A DNA stretch of 55,932 bases from Actinomycetota bacterium. GTDB taxonomy: Bacteria; Actinomycetota; Humimicrobiia; Humimicrobiales; Humimicrobiaceae. The stretch is taken from positions 1-55,932 of the forward strand of contig JBNJCW010000004.1 of the NCBI GenBank assembly GCA_051744345.1. The letters run 5' to 3'. Below the pieces are notes generated by a model. The model searched no databases. It was not told the origin of the DNA and was given only the letters and a program-made list of their open reading frames with translations. Shown here in pieces: positions 38,755 through 48,672 of this stretch. The stretch's first letter is position 1, and every line of letters begins with the position of its first letter. The position numbers were made by a program, and so were the translations under genes.

Positions 38755-41700
38755 ATGAAACTTTATATAGGGTACGATATTGGCTCTATCAGCGTAAACC
38801 GTGCCGTAATAGACAGCGGGCGGAATATCATGGATATAATGCCATACAGCAGGCACCATGGCGAGCCCCTGGAATTGGTAAGGGGCGACCTGGAGGCTCT
38901 GTTTAAACAATACGGAAGCAATGATATCTGCGGGATTGCCTTTACCGGCTCGGGAGGCAAGGCTGTGTCCCGGGGCCTGAAGGTTTTGTTTATAAATGAA
39001 ATAGAGGCTTTGATGAATGCGTCCCGGAGCTTTATACCGGATGCCTCCACAGTTATAGATATAGGGGGCCAGGATTCCAAGTTTGTTGACTTGGCTATCG
39101 GTGACTATGCCATGAACGAGCTCTGTGCCGCAGGGACCGGCTCTTTTCTGGATCAGCAGGCTTCAAGGTTCGGGCTTTCCATTGAACAGTTTGCCGAGGT
39201 TGCCTTAAAATCCAGGAGCCCGGAAACCATTGCCGGAAGGTGCAGCGTTTTTGCCAAATCAGACATGATACACCTCCAGCAGGAAGCAGCAAAGGATGAG
39301 GATATAATCCTGGGGCTCTGTTGTGCCATGGCCAGGAGCTTTAAGTCCGGCATTGTTAAAGGCAAAAAATTCAAGCCGCCCGTAATATTTTGCGGCGGGG
39401 TTTCATATAACCGGGCCATGGTCAAGGCCTTCAGCGATATACTGGGCCAGGAACTGGTAGTGCCCGACCATAATGCGTCCATGGGAGCTATAGGGGCTGC
39501 CCTTTCAGCAGCCGGCAGGGGCACTATAGGTACCGGTAATTTGCTCAAAGACATGGATAGTTATATGGGGAGCTTAAAGTATGAAAGGGATACCTTCAAG
39601 CCCCTGGTTTTAGAAAAATCGGCGCTTCCTTCCTACAGCGAAGAAGGCTACCGTTTCGGCAGGGAGAAAGTGGATGCCTATATCGGTATAGATGTGGGCT
39701 CTATCAGCACCAATGTGGTGGCTATCGACAGGGACAAAAAGCTTATATCCAAGTGTTATCTAAGAACTGCAGGCAGGCCCATTGAAGCGGTGCGCAGGGG
39801 CATCTCCATAATTAACAAAAAAGTGGGGGACAGGATCAATGTAAGGGGCTCGGGAACCACAGGCTCGGGAAGGTACCTTATAGGGGATTTCGTGGGCTCC
39901 GATACGGTCATAAATGAAATTACCGCCCAGGCCACTGCTGCTGCGGCCATTGACCGGAGCGTGGATACCATATTTGAGATTGGGGGCCAGGATTCCAAAT
40001 ACATCTCCATGGAAAATGGGGTGGTGGTTGATTTTGAGATGAACAAGGTATGTGCGGCAGGGACCGGCTCTTTTCTGGAAGAGCAGTCAGAGAGGTTTGA
40101 CTTAAAGATAGAGGACTTTGCCCCTATTGCCCTGAAGGCCAAAAACCCCATTGATTTGGGGGAAAGGTGTACAGTATTTATGGAGACCAATGTCTATTCC
40201 CATTACCAGAAGGGGGCAAAGGTAGACAATATACTGGCCGGGCTGGCCTATTCAATCGTTATGAATTACATAAACCGGGTGGTGGCCAGAAAAAAGATAG
40301 GCAAAAAGATTTTCTTCCAGGGAGCGGTTGCCTTCAACCATTCGGTGGTGGCTGCATTTGAAAATTACCTGGGCACCAAAATAATAGTTCCTCCCCACCA
40401 TGAGGTTACCGGGGCCATAGGCACGGCCATAGTAGCCATGGAAAACAGCAGGGGGGATACCAATTTCAGGGGGTTTGAGCAGATTGCTGAAGTAAGTTAT
40501 TCCCAGAAGTCTTTTGAATGCAATGGGTGCCCCAATCACTGTGACATAAAAAAGGTGTCAATCGAGGGCGAAAAACCCCTGTTCTATGGGGGAAGATGTG
40601 AAAAATATGAGAAATCAAAGTCTTCGGCGTCAAGCATCCCCGACTATTTTAAGGAAAGGGAGGATATACTTTTAAATACCTACCGGGCCAGGGGAAATCC
40701 CGGGGCAAAAAAGGTGGGGATACCCTTTACCATGCTTACCTATGAATTTTATCCATTCTGGAGCGCCTATTTTGATAACCTGGGGTTCGAGGTGGTGCTC
40801 TCGGATAAGACCAATAAAAAGATAATTTCGGACGGCCTCTCTTCGGTTATTGCCGAGACCTGCTTTCCCATGAAGGCCATGCTGGGCCATATACATAACC
40901 TGACCCAGAAGGATGTAGACTATATTTTCCTTCCCACCATCAGGGATATGCCTGCCAAAGAGCATGCCATTAAGGGTGACAGGAGGGGAAGTTTCCCTTG
41001 CCCCTTTGTGCAGGGCATCCCCTGCGTGGTCAAGGCAGCCATTGATATGGAGGGGGTCCAGATACTTGATCCCATAGTTAATTTTAGTTTTGAGGGTTAT
41101 GCCAAATCAAAACAGCTTATGGATCTGGGGAAAAAGCTGGGCAGGGGCAGAAAAATAATAAAGAATGCGGTTGATGCCGCCTATCAGGCACAGAGAAACT
41201 TCTATGCCAGCCTCGGGGCCAGGGGCAATGAGGTATTGTCCCAGCTGGACAAAGACGAGCCGGCTATTGTGGTTACCTCCCGTTCCTATAACAGCTGTGA
41301 CCGGGCGGTTTCCATGGACATACCCAACAAATTGAGGGAATGCGGCATAAAGGTCCTGCCCCTTGATTTTCTGCCCGTGGATTCGGTTAACCTTCCTTCG
41401 GAATGGTCCAACCTGTACTGGGAGTTCGGGGACAGGATCATGAGTGCTGCCAGCATCATAGTCAAAGACGACAGGCTCTATCCTGCCTACCTTACAAATT
41501 TTGGCTGCGGCCCCGATTCCTTTATACTCCAGTATTTTGAACGGGAGATGGACAAGCCGTTTTTAAAGATTGAAATAGATGAGCATACCGGCGGAGCGGG
41601 AGTGGTAACCCGCTGCGAGGCTTTTATCGATTCGCTTAAAAACTCAAGGAAAATAAAGCAGAAGTTTGTGCAGGAGAAACCGAAACCGGCGCCGGTGATA

Positions 41701-43014
41701 TTTAAGAAAGATGAGAGGCGGACTATTTACATACCCTATATGAGCGATGGCTCCTATGCCATCCAGGCTGCATTCAAGAACCAGGGCATAGAGGCGGAGG
41801 TAATGCATTCTGATGACCAGACTCTGGAGCTGGGAAGAAGGCATACCCTGGGAAAGGAATGCTACCCGTTTATCATAACCACCGGGGACATACTGAAGAC
41901 CTTAAAAAACAATGACCCCAAAACCTGTGCATTTTTAATGCCCTTAACTTACGGGCCCTGCAGGTTCGGCCAGTACAACAAGATGCAGAAGATAATTATC
42001 CAGGAGCTGGGCTATGAAGGGGTGCCCATAGTGTCACCGGGGGCACCGGAGAGCTCAAGCTTCTACAGGGAATACGATATGGACAGCATGAAGGGCTACA
42101 GGATGCTGGGAAGGGCCATGCAGGGCGTGTTTACCCTGGATAATCTGGATAAGATGCTGCGCGCCACCAGGCCTTACCAGAAGGAGCCCGGGCGGTCAGA
42201 GGCTGCCTATAAAAAGTATCTTGAAGGGGTGGTCGGTTTGCTGGAAAAGGAAAAACATGAGGACCTTTTCCCCAAGCTGGTGGAGCTCCTGACGGAGGCA
42301 AGGAAGGATTTTGAGGCTATAGAAGTCAACAGGGAAAAGAAGCCCCTGATTGGTATTGTGGGGGAAATCTATGTAAGGAACCATCCATACAGCAATAATG
42401 AGATTGTGGAAAAGGTTGAGCAGCTGGGGGGTGAGGTGGAGATACCCACCATATCTGAATGGCCCAGCCATACAACCGCTACCAGCAAGCTGGATAATTC
42501 AATCAAGCAGGCTGACCTTATGTACAAGATTATAGAGGGCCTGCGCCCCGGGGGAAGCAGGAACGGCGGGATTGGGCCCATGGCAGCTGATTACATGAGG
42601 ACCGTGCGCACCTATGTGCTGAACCGGGTAAACAACCGTATTATATCCGGATACCTTAAAAAACTTGCCCGGCCGGTGGAAGGTTTTGTGAGGGGAACGG
42701 ATGACCACAGCATATACCATACCTGGGATAAGGCTGAGCCCTATATCATTAAATGGTTCGGGGAGGCTGCGTTGAGCGTGGGCAAGTCTGTTTCCTGGAT
42801 TGAAGAAGGCTGCGACGGGATAATCAATGTGATGCCGTTTACCTGTATGCCGGGAACCATGGTAACCGCTACCTCCAAAAGGATTAGGGAAAAATATAAG
42901 GTGCCCTGGCTTAACCTTGCCTTTGACGGCCTGGAGCAGGGGACCACAGAGACAAGGCTGGAAGCTTTCATGTACCAGGCAAAGCTTTATGCCCGGAACA
43001 AAGGAAAAAGCTAG
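38755..43014 (+). CDS. Double BadF/BcrAD activase + DUF2229 + HGD-D-like fusion (PlsA/R / Ger-like architecture)
   Basis: Two ASKHA/4Fe-4S activase modules (GYDIGSIS, IGGQDSK, MNELCAAGTGSFL, GRCSVF; GIDVGSIS, IGGQDSK, MNKVCAAGTGSFL, GERCTVF), then C..CPNHC, ETCFPMK, CPFVQ, FGCGPDSF, EIDEH, ECYP, GPCRFGQY, GIVGEIYVR and PFTCMP. Confidence 0.88.
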   Translation: MKLYIGYDIGSISVNRAVIDSGRNIMDIMPYSRHHGEPLELVRGDLEALFKQYGSNDICGIAFTGSGGKAVSRGLKVLFINEIEALMNASRSFIPDASTVIDIGGQDSKFVDLAIGDYAMNELCAAGTGSFLDQQASRFGLSIEQFAEVALKSRSPETIAGRCSVFAKSDMIHLQQEAAKDEDIILGLCCAMARSFKSGIVKGKKFKPPVIFCGGVSYNRAMVKAFSDILGQELVVPDHNASMGAIGAALSAAGRGTIGTGNLLKDMDSYMGSLKYERDTFKPLVLEKSALPSYSEEGYRFGREKVDAYIGIDVGSISTNVVAIDRDKKLISKCYLRTAGRPIEAVRRGISIINKKVGDRINVRGSGTTGSGRYLIGDFVGSDTVINEITAQATAAAAIDRSVDTIFEIGGQDSKYISMENGVVVDFEMNKVCAAGTGSFLEEQSERFDLKIEDFAPIALKAKNPIDLGERCTVFMETNVYSHYQKGAKVDNILAGLAYSIVMNYINRVVARKKIGKKIFFQGAVAFNHSVVAAFENYLGTKIIVPPHHEVTGAIGTAIVAMENSRGDTNFRGFEQIAEVSYSQKSFECNGCPNHCDIKKVSIEGEKPLFYGGRCEKYEKSKSSASSIPDYFKEREDILLNTYRARGNPGAKKVGIPFTMLTYEFYPFWSAYFDNLGFEVVLSDKTNKKIISDGLSSVIAETCFPMKAMLGHIHNLTQKDVDYIFLPTIRDMPAKEHAIKGDRRGSFPCPFVQGIPCVVKAAIDMEGVQILDPIVNFSFEGYAKSKQLMDLGKKLGRGRKIIKNAVDAAYQAQRNFYASLGARGNEVLSQLDKDEPAIVVTSRSYNSCDRAVSMDIPNKLRECGIKVLPLDFLPVDSVNLPSEWSNLYWEFGDRIMSAASIIVKDDRLYPAYLTNFGCGPDSFILQYFEREMDKPFLKIEIDEHTGGAGVVTRCEAFIDSLKNSRKIKQKFVQEKPKPAPVIFKKDERRTIYIPYMSDGSYAIQAAFKNQGIEAEVMHSDDQTLELGRRHTLGKECYPFIITTGDILKTLKNNDPKTCAFLMPLTYGPCRFGQYNKMQKIIIQELGYEGVPIVSPGAPESSSFYREYDMDSMKGYRMLGRAMQGVFTLDNLDKMLRATRPYQKEPGRSEAAYKKYLEGVVGLLEKEKHEDLFPKLVELLTEARKDFEAIEVNREKKPLIGIVGEIYVRNHPYSNNEIVEKVEQLGGEVEIPTISEWPSHTTATSKLDNSIKQADLMYKIIEGLRPGGSRNGGIGPMAADYMRTVRTYVLNRVNNRIISGYLKKLARPVEGFVRGTDDHSIYHTWDKAEPYIIKWFGEAALSVGKSVSWIEEGCDGIINVMPFTCMPGTMVTATSKRIREKYKVPWLNLAFDGLEQGTTETRLEAFMYQAKLYARNKGKS

Positions 43015-43088
43015 CCTCTTGTCCCCCATGTTTTTATGATTTAAGCATTCATCCGTGCTACAATATGTTCATCAGCAGAGGCATTGCA

Positions 43089-43712
43089 ATGAAGGGAAAA
43101 TTTATAACATTTGAAGGCCCTGACGGCTCGGGAAAGACCACCCAGATAAAGCTGGCTGCAGGCTACCTCAAAAAGAAGGGATACGGTGTGCTTACCGCCG
43201 TTGAGCCGGGGGGCACTCCCATAGGGGAAAAGATAAGAAGGATACTCCTGGATAAGAGAAATCTGGACATGACTTCCAGGGCAGAAACCCTGCTTTTTCT
43301 GGCATCCAGGGCCCAGCTGGCTGAAAAGGTTATAAGGCCGGCTTTAGAAGAGAAAAAGATCGTGATATGCGACCGTTTCTTTGATTCAACTGTTGTTTAC
43401 CAGGGGATTGCCAGGGGCCTGGGGGCAGACAGGATGCTTGACTTGAGCCTGTGGGCAACCGGCGGCCTGGTGCCTGATATGACTTTCCTTTTAAATGTAG
43501 GCGCAGGCAGGGGAGCTGCAAGAAAAAGCATGTCCGGAATTGCCGGGGACAGGCTTGAATCCCAGGGTGGTGATTTTATGCAGAAGGTTTGCCGTGGGTA
43601 CCTGGAGATAGCAGAAAAATTTAAGCAGCGGTATGTGGTAATAGATGGAGAGAAGGGCATTCAGGAGGTATTTGGGATAGTAAGGGATAAAATAGATGGC
43701 CTTATTGGATAA
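43089..43712 (+). CDS. tmk: Thymidylate kinase
   Basis: FITFEGPDGSGKTTQ, EPGGT and CDRFFDS...YQG. ATG 43089 chosen over 43065. Confidence 0.96.
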   Translation: MKGKFITFEGPDGSGKTTQIKLAAGYLKKKGYGVLTAVEPGGTPIGEKIRRILLDKRNLDMTSRAETLLFLASRAQLAEKVIRPALEEKKIVICDRFFDSTVVYQGIARGLGADRMLDLSLWATGGLVPDMTFLLNVGAGRGAARKSMSGIAGDRLESQGGDFMQKVCRGYLEIAEKFKQRYVVIDGEKGIQEVFGIVRDKIDGLIG

Positions 43713-44751
43713 TCTGGATTTTCTAACCGATGCTGACAAGAACAAATCAAACCTGAGGCTGCTTAAGGGCTTGGCGGTAAAAAATCTAAGCCATGCCTTC
43801 CTTTTTTCAGGAGGCAGCCACAGCTGCCTTTACCGGCTGGCGCTTGCTTTTGCGGCAAGCATAAACTGCCCCCGTTCAGGATGCGGGCAGTGCAGGATAT
43901 GCAAAAACACCCTCAAGGGCGTTTTTGCCAATCTGCTGGTAATAGAAGCGGAAGGCAATTTCCTGCTTAAAAGCGATGTTGAGGTCATAAAGAAATTTGT
44001 GTCCAGGACTTCCAATACGGAGGGCAAAAAAATCGTGATCATAAAGGAATCGGAAACCATGAATGATGCTTTTGCCAATAAGTTCCTGAAAACCCTGGAG
44101 GAGCCGCCGGATGAGGATTGCGTTTTTGTATTGCTTGCCGGCCAGGCAAAGGCGCTGCTTCCCACCGTTGTTTCCAGGTGCATGGAAATTGAATGGGAGT
44201 TTATGCCTGATGAGGCGGAGATATCCTGCATGGATTTTGATTTGCTCCAGGATGTCCTGAACTCTAAAATTAAAAAAATTGTGGAAGGGGACATAAGCCA
44301 GACCATGGGCCTGGGTTTAGAGGTATGCGGGATCCTGGAACAGTTTGCTGCCAAGATGAAGCAGGAATTCAAAAAAGAGGCGGATATGATAAGAAAGACC
44401 AGCGCCGATGACCTTCAGGCTGAGAGACAGATTAAATTTCTGTCCCAGAGCCAGCAGAGGAGGCTGGCCAGGTTCAATAAGTTGGGCATGGACCGGGTTT
44501 TTGATATAATAGTGGCCTGGCTGGAGGATATCCTTGCGGTTAAAGCGGGAGCCGGCCGGAGTGTTCTAAACTATGAGGATAATTACTCTTTTATAGATGC
44601 GAGCATTTTTGACATAAGTACGGAAAAAATAATGGGCATCCTTTCCAGGATAGAAGAAAACAGGAAATTTATGGACCGTTCCATAAACAGCGAGCTGGCA
44701 CTGGACAGCATCTTCTTAAGCCTGGAGGATGCATTGAGAGGTGAGAGATAA
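43696..44751 (+). CDS. holB: DNA polymerase III delta-prime subunit
   Basis: SHAFLF, C..SGCGQCRIC Zn motif, NKFLKTLEEPP and LLPTVVSRC; tmk-holB synteny. Confidence 0.9.
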   Translation: MALLDNLDFLTDADKNKSNLRLLKGLAVKNLSHAFLFSGGSHSCLYRLALAFAASINCPRSGCGQCRICKNTLKGVFANLLVIEAEGNFLLKSDVEVIKKFVSRTSNTEGKKIVIIKESETMNDAFANKFLKTLEEPPDEDCVFVLLAGQAKALLPTVVSRCMEIEWEFMPDEAEISCMDFDLLQDVLNSKIKKIVEGDISQTMGLGLEVCGILEQFAAKMKQEFKKEADMIRKTSADDLQAERQIKFLSQSQQRRLARFNKLGMDRVFDIIVAWLEDILAVKAGAGRSVLNYEDNYSFIDASIFDISTEKIMGILSRIEENRKFMDRSINSELALDSIFLSLEDALRGER

Positions 44752-45585
44752 ATGAAGCCATGTGTGGGAGTTATATTCAGGAAAAACGGAAGGATACATT
44801 ATTATGACCCCAATGATATTCCCGTAAAGGCCGGGGATAAGGTTATATGCCATGTTGGGGATTCCATAGAGATAGGGGAGGTAGTAAGCTCTCCCCAGGA
44901 TATTGATGAGGGAGGCATTTCTGCGCCCATTAGCAAGGTTATAAGGAAGGCAACCCATTATGACCTTTCTGTGGACGAGATAAACAAGAACAAGGAAGCA
45001 GAGGGAGTAAAAAAGTTTGAGAAGCTGGCCAAAAAGTACAAGCTGCCCATGAAGCTGGTGGATGTGCATGTGATGTTTGACAAGAGCAAGATGATTTTCT
45101 ATTTTACCTCTGAAAAAAGGGTTGATTTCAGGGATATGGTAAAGGAGCTTGCTTCTGCTTTTAAGATGCGCATAGAGCTGAGGCAGATAGGGGTAAGGGA
45201 TGAGGCCAAAATCATAGGGGGGCTGGGCCCATGCGGCTTGAGGCTCTGCTGCAAGAGCTTTTTAACCGATTTTGAGTCCATTTCTATCAAGATGGCCAAG
45301 GACCAGAACCTGCCCCTCAACCCTTTAAAGATTTCGGGCATATGCGGCAGGCTGATGTGCTGCCTGAAATACGAGCATGAGGATTATGAGGATTTCATGG
45401 ACAATGCCCCGGAGAGGGGCAGCAGGGTAAAAGTGGACAAAAACTCCGGATGCATATGCGGTTATGAGCCCCTGAAGGGCTGTGTTGTAATTGAGTTTGA
45501 CAACGAAACCAGGAAAACGGTGCCCCTCTGTGAAGTAGATATGATAGAAGAGGCACAGAAGGAAAAAGAAGAGAAGGACAAATGA
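44752..45585 (+). CDS. ricT: PSP1/YaaT (RicT) family protein
   Basis: RVDFRDMVK, RIELRQIGVRDEAK, GPCG..LCC and KISGICGRLMCCLKYE. Confidence 0.92.
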   Translation: MKPCVGVIFRKNGRIHYYDPNDIPVKAGDKVICHVGDSIEIGEVVSSPQDIDEGGISAPISKVIRKATHYDLSVDEINKNKEAEGVKKFEKLAKKYKLPMKLVDVHVMFDKSKMIFYFTSEKRVDFRDMVKELASAFKMRIELRQIGVRDEAKIIGGLGPCGLRLCCKSFLTDFESISIKMAKDQNLPLNPLKISGICGRLMCCLKYEHEDYEDFMDNAPERGSRVKVDKNSGCICGYEPLKGCVVIEFDNETRKTVPLCEVDMIEEAQKEKEEKDK

Positions 45586-45592
45586 TTAGGCT

Positions 45593-45668
45593 GCCGATGT
45601 AGCTCAATTGGCAGAGCAGCTCATTCGTAATGAGCAGGTTACCGGTTCAAATCCGGTCATCGGCTCCA
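45593..45668 (+). tRNA. tRNA-Thr(CGT)
   Basis: Acceptor stem GCCGATG/CATCGGC, D arm TAGCTCAATTGGCAGAGC, anticodon arm GCTCA-TTCGTAA-TGAGC, T arm ACCGG-TTCAAAT-CCGGT, encoded 3' CCA. Confidence 0.96.
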
Positions 45669-45681
45669 GCAAGGATAAATT

Positions 45682-47337
45682 ATGGTTATAAAAGAATTAA
45701 CCTCCAGGCTTACCAGGTACCTAAAGTCAATGCTGGGAGACGGCCATAAAAAGGTTATGGATTCTGTAACCCTGGCTGTGCCCAAGAATAAAAAATTCGG
45801 GGACCTTTCCACCAATGCAGCCATGGTACTGGCTTCCCTCCTGTCCAGGAACCCCCTGGAGATAGCCGAGCAGATAGCCGCCCATATAACCGAAAAATGG
45901 CCGGAGGCAGAAGATGTAAATGTGGCCAGGCCCGGCTTTATAAATTTTAGGCTGAAAGATTCCTTCATAAGGGCAGGGCTGGAGCAAATAATCTCTCAAA
46001 AAGGAAATTACGGGAAGAACAGCAGCGGCAAGGGCAGCAGGGTGAACCTGGAGTATGTAAGCTCCAACCCTACCGGCAACCTCCATATAGGCCACGGCCG
46101 CTGGGGTGTTCTGGGAGATGTCCTTTCCAGCCTGTATATGGCCAATGGTTATAAGGTTACCAGGGAGTATTATGTTAATGATTACGGGAGCCAGGTTAAG
46201 AAATTTGTGCAGTGTGCGGCATGCCTTTACCTGAGGCATTTTGGCAGGGATGCCGATTACCCCCCGGACGGCTACCCTGAAGAAACCGTTTTAAAGGCGG
46301 TAGCTAGAATCATAGAAGAGAAGGGCAGGGAATTCCTTTCTGCCGGGGGAGCCGATGTAGATACGAAGAGGCTTGAGCCGGTGGTGGTGGATGCCATGGT
46401 TTCTGAAATCAGGGAAACCCTTTCTTCCATGGGGGTAGAGTTTGATGTATGGTTTGCCGAAAGCAGCTTATATGAGGACAGCAACTTTAAAAAGGTTGTG
46501 GATAAGCTAAAGGATAAAGACCTGGCTTATTCCCGGGATGGGGCGCTGTGGTTCAGGAGCGGCCGGTTCGGGGATGACAAGGACCGGGTTATTATAAGGA
46601 AGGACAGCCAGCCCACCTATTTTGCTTCAGATATAATGTATCTCTTAAACAAGGCCGGGAGGGGGTTTGACTCCCTTATATATATACTGGGGGCGGACCA
46701 CCATGGTTATGTGGACCGGCTGATGGCCACTTGCAGGGCTCTGGGCCTGGATGGGATTGAGCTGGATATAATAATCGGGCAGCTGGTAAGCCTGATAAAG
46801 GGAGGCCAGCCGCTTAAGATGTCCAGGAGGAAGGGCAAGGTATATACCTTAAGGGACCTTATAGGGGAAGTGGGAAGGGATGCGGTTAGGTATTTTTTTG
46901 CTGACTGCTCTTTTGATACACCCATGGATTTTGATATTGACCTGGCAAAGCAGAAGTCAAACCAGAACCCTGTTTTTTATGTCCAGTATGCCCATGCCAG
47001 GATTGAAAGCATACTGGCTAAGCTGGAAAACAGCCCCGGGCTGGAAGCTGTGGATGCTTCCGGGCTGGGTCTGGAAACCGGGACTGAAAGGGAGATAGCC
47101 AAGCTGCTCCTTTTCTACCCTGATGAGGTTTACAGGGGGTGCCTCAGGAATGCCCCCTACTTTTTAACCCAGTACCTTTACAGCCTTGCTTCCCAGTTCC
47201 ACTATTTCTATAACCATTACCGGATTATAGAGGGCAAAAAGGTGGATTGGGGAAGGCTGGGCCTGGTGCTTCTGTTAAAACAGGTGCTTGTAAATGGCCT
47301 GGGCCTTCTGGGGATAAGCGCACCCAGGAAAATGTAA
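45682..47337 (+). CDS. argS: Arginine--tRNA ligase
   Basis: FGDLSTNAAM, SSNPTGNLHIGHGR (HIGH), GADHHGY, MSRRKG and YVQYAHARI. Confidence 0.97.
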   Translation: MVIKELTSRLTRYLKSMLGDGHKKVMDSVTLAVPKNKKFGDLSTNAAMVLASLLSRNPLEIAEQIAAHITEKWPEAEDVNVARPGFINFRLKDSFIRAGLEQIISQKGNYGKNSSGKGSRVNLEYVSSNPTGNLHIGHGRWGVLGDVLSSLYMANGYKVTREYYVNDYGSQVKKFVQCAACLYLRHFGRDADYPPDGYPEETVLKAVARIIEEKGREFLSAGGADVDTKRLEPVVVDAMVSEIRETLSSMGVEFDVWFAESSLYEDSNFKKVVDKLKDKDLAYSRDGALWFRSGRFGDDKDRVIIRKDSQPTYFASDIMYLLNKAGRGFDSLIYILGADHHGYVDRLMATCRALGLDGIELDIIIGQLVSLIKGGQPLKMSRRKGKVYTLRDLIGEVGRDAVRYFFADCSFDTPMDFDIDLAKQKSNQNPVFYVQYAHARIESILAKLENSPGLEAVDASGLGLETGTEREIAKLLLFYPDEVYRGCLRNAPYFLTQYLYSLASQFHYFYNHYRIIEGKKVDWGRLGLVLLLKQVLVNGLGLLGISAPRKM

Positions 47338-47361
47338 AATTTTATGAGAAGGTAGGAGCAT

Positions 47362-48672
47362 ATGTTATTACCGGTTACCAGCAGTATTGATAAGCAGGGA
47401 TTGCTTTCAGTGGGAGGCCTTAGCGTTCGCCAGCTTAAGGAAAAGTACGGGACTCCCCTGTATGTAATGGATATTGCCACCATAAAGAAACAGTGCAGAG
47501 ACTACAGGGAATGCTTTGCTTCTGTTGGACTGGATTCTGAAATTATTTATGCATCCAAGGCTTTTGCCAGCATAGCTTCCTGCCAGCTTATTGCCCTGGA
47601 GGGCTTGAGCATTGATGTATCTACCGGAGGAGAGCTCTATATTGCCCTTGAAAGCGGTTTTGAGCCCCACAGGATATTTTTCCATGGAAACAATAAATCC
47701 AAGCAGGAGATTGCATACGGGCTTAACAGTAATGTTGGCTATTTTATAGTGGATAATTTTGATGAGCTAAAGCTGCTGGCCGAGCTTGCCGCCGGGGCGG
47801 GCAGGAGGCAGAAGGTGTTTTTAAGGATTACCCCGGGCATTAAGGCCTCTACCCATGAATACATACAGACCGGAAAGGTTGAATCCAAGTTCGGTTTCGG
47901 GATCCACGGCTCTGTGGCCATGGAAGCGGTAAAGGCTGCCCTTAGCTACGGGAGCCTGGAGCTGGTGGGTATCCACAGCCATATCGGTTCACAGATATTC
48001 AACCTTTCTTCCTATGAGAAGCTTATCGATGTGCTGCTCAAGTTTTTAAGGAACATAAAGCCGGCCCTGGGCGCAGACATAAGGGGGGTAAATATAGGGG
48101 GCGGACTGGGTATACAGTATACCAGCCAGGACAAGCCCCCTACGGTTAGCCAGTTTGCAGAGGTGATTGGTGATGCAGCCAGAAGGTATGGAAAAAAGCA
48201 TGGGGTGGAAATAGAAAAAATGTACCTGGAGCCCGGAAGGTCAATTGTGGGCAATGCAGGCATAACCCTGTATGAGGCAGGTTCCGTAAAGGAGATACCC
48301 CATGTAAAAAACTATATAGCTGTGGACGGGGGCATGTCTGATAATATCAGGCCTATCCTGTATCAGGCAAAATATGAGGCGTTTCTGGCAGAGAGGATGA
48401 ATGATGAGCCGGCAGGCAAAACCTATACCGTCGTGGGCAAGCACTGTGAAAGCGGCGATGTGCTGGTGGAGGATATCCATTTGCCAATTGTAAATAAAGG
48501 TGATTTAATTGCTATTGCAGCTACAGGGGCCTATTGTTTTGCCATGTCCAGCAATTATAACGGCCAGCCCCGGAGCGCGGTGGTGGCTGTGGAGGATTCA
48601 AAAAGCTGGGTATGGATTGAAAGGCAGCAGTACTGCGATTTGATATCAGGAAACAGGAAGCTTTATGAATAA
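47362..48672 (+). CDS. lysA: Diaminopimelate decarboxylase
   Basis: YGTPLYV, YASKAF (PLP Lys), HGNNKS, HIGSQI, EPGRSIVG, HCESGD and MSSNYN. Confidence 0.96.
   Translation: MLLPVTSSIDKQGLLSVGGLSVRQLKEKYGTPLYVMDIATIKKQCRDYRECFASVGLDSEIIYASKAFASIASCQLIALEGLSIDVSTGGELYIALESGFEPHRIFFHGNNKSKQEIAYGLNSNVGYFIVDNFDELKLLAELAAGAGRRQKVFLRITPGIKASTHEYIQTGKVESKFGFGIHGSVAMEAVKAALSYGSLELVGIHSHIGSQIFNLSSYEKLIDVLLKFLRNIKPALGADIRGVNIGGGLGIQYTSQDKPPTVSQFAEVIGDAARRYGKKHGVEIEKMYLEPGRSIVGNAGITLYEAGSVKEIPHVKNYIAVDGGMSDNIRPILYQAKYEAFLAERMNDEPAGKTYTVVGKHCESGDVLVEDIHLPIVNKGDLIAIAATGAYCFAMSSNYNGQPRSAVVAVEDSKSWVWIERQQYCDLISGNRKLYE

Noticed and set aside
39060-40085. Repeated DNA segments (gggggccaggattccaa; gcagggaccggctcttttctgga) in the activase gene
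   Set aside because: Explained by the two homologous activase domains; not a mobile element or CRISPR repeat.
45593-45668. tRNA-Thr as an integration site
   Set aside because: It is flanked by core genes (yaaT, argS), with no integrase and no duplicated tRNA 3' end seen in the window.
47338-47361. Possible lysine riboswitch before lysA or T-box before argS
   Set aside because: The gaps are 24 nt and 13 nt, too short for either element.
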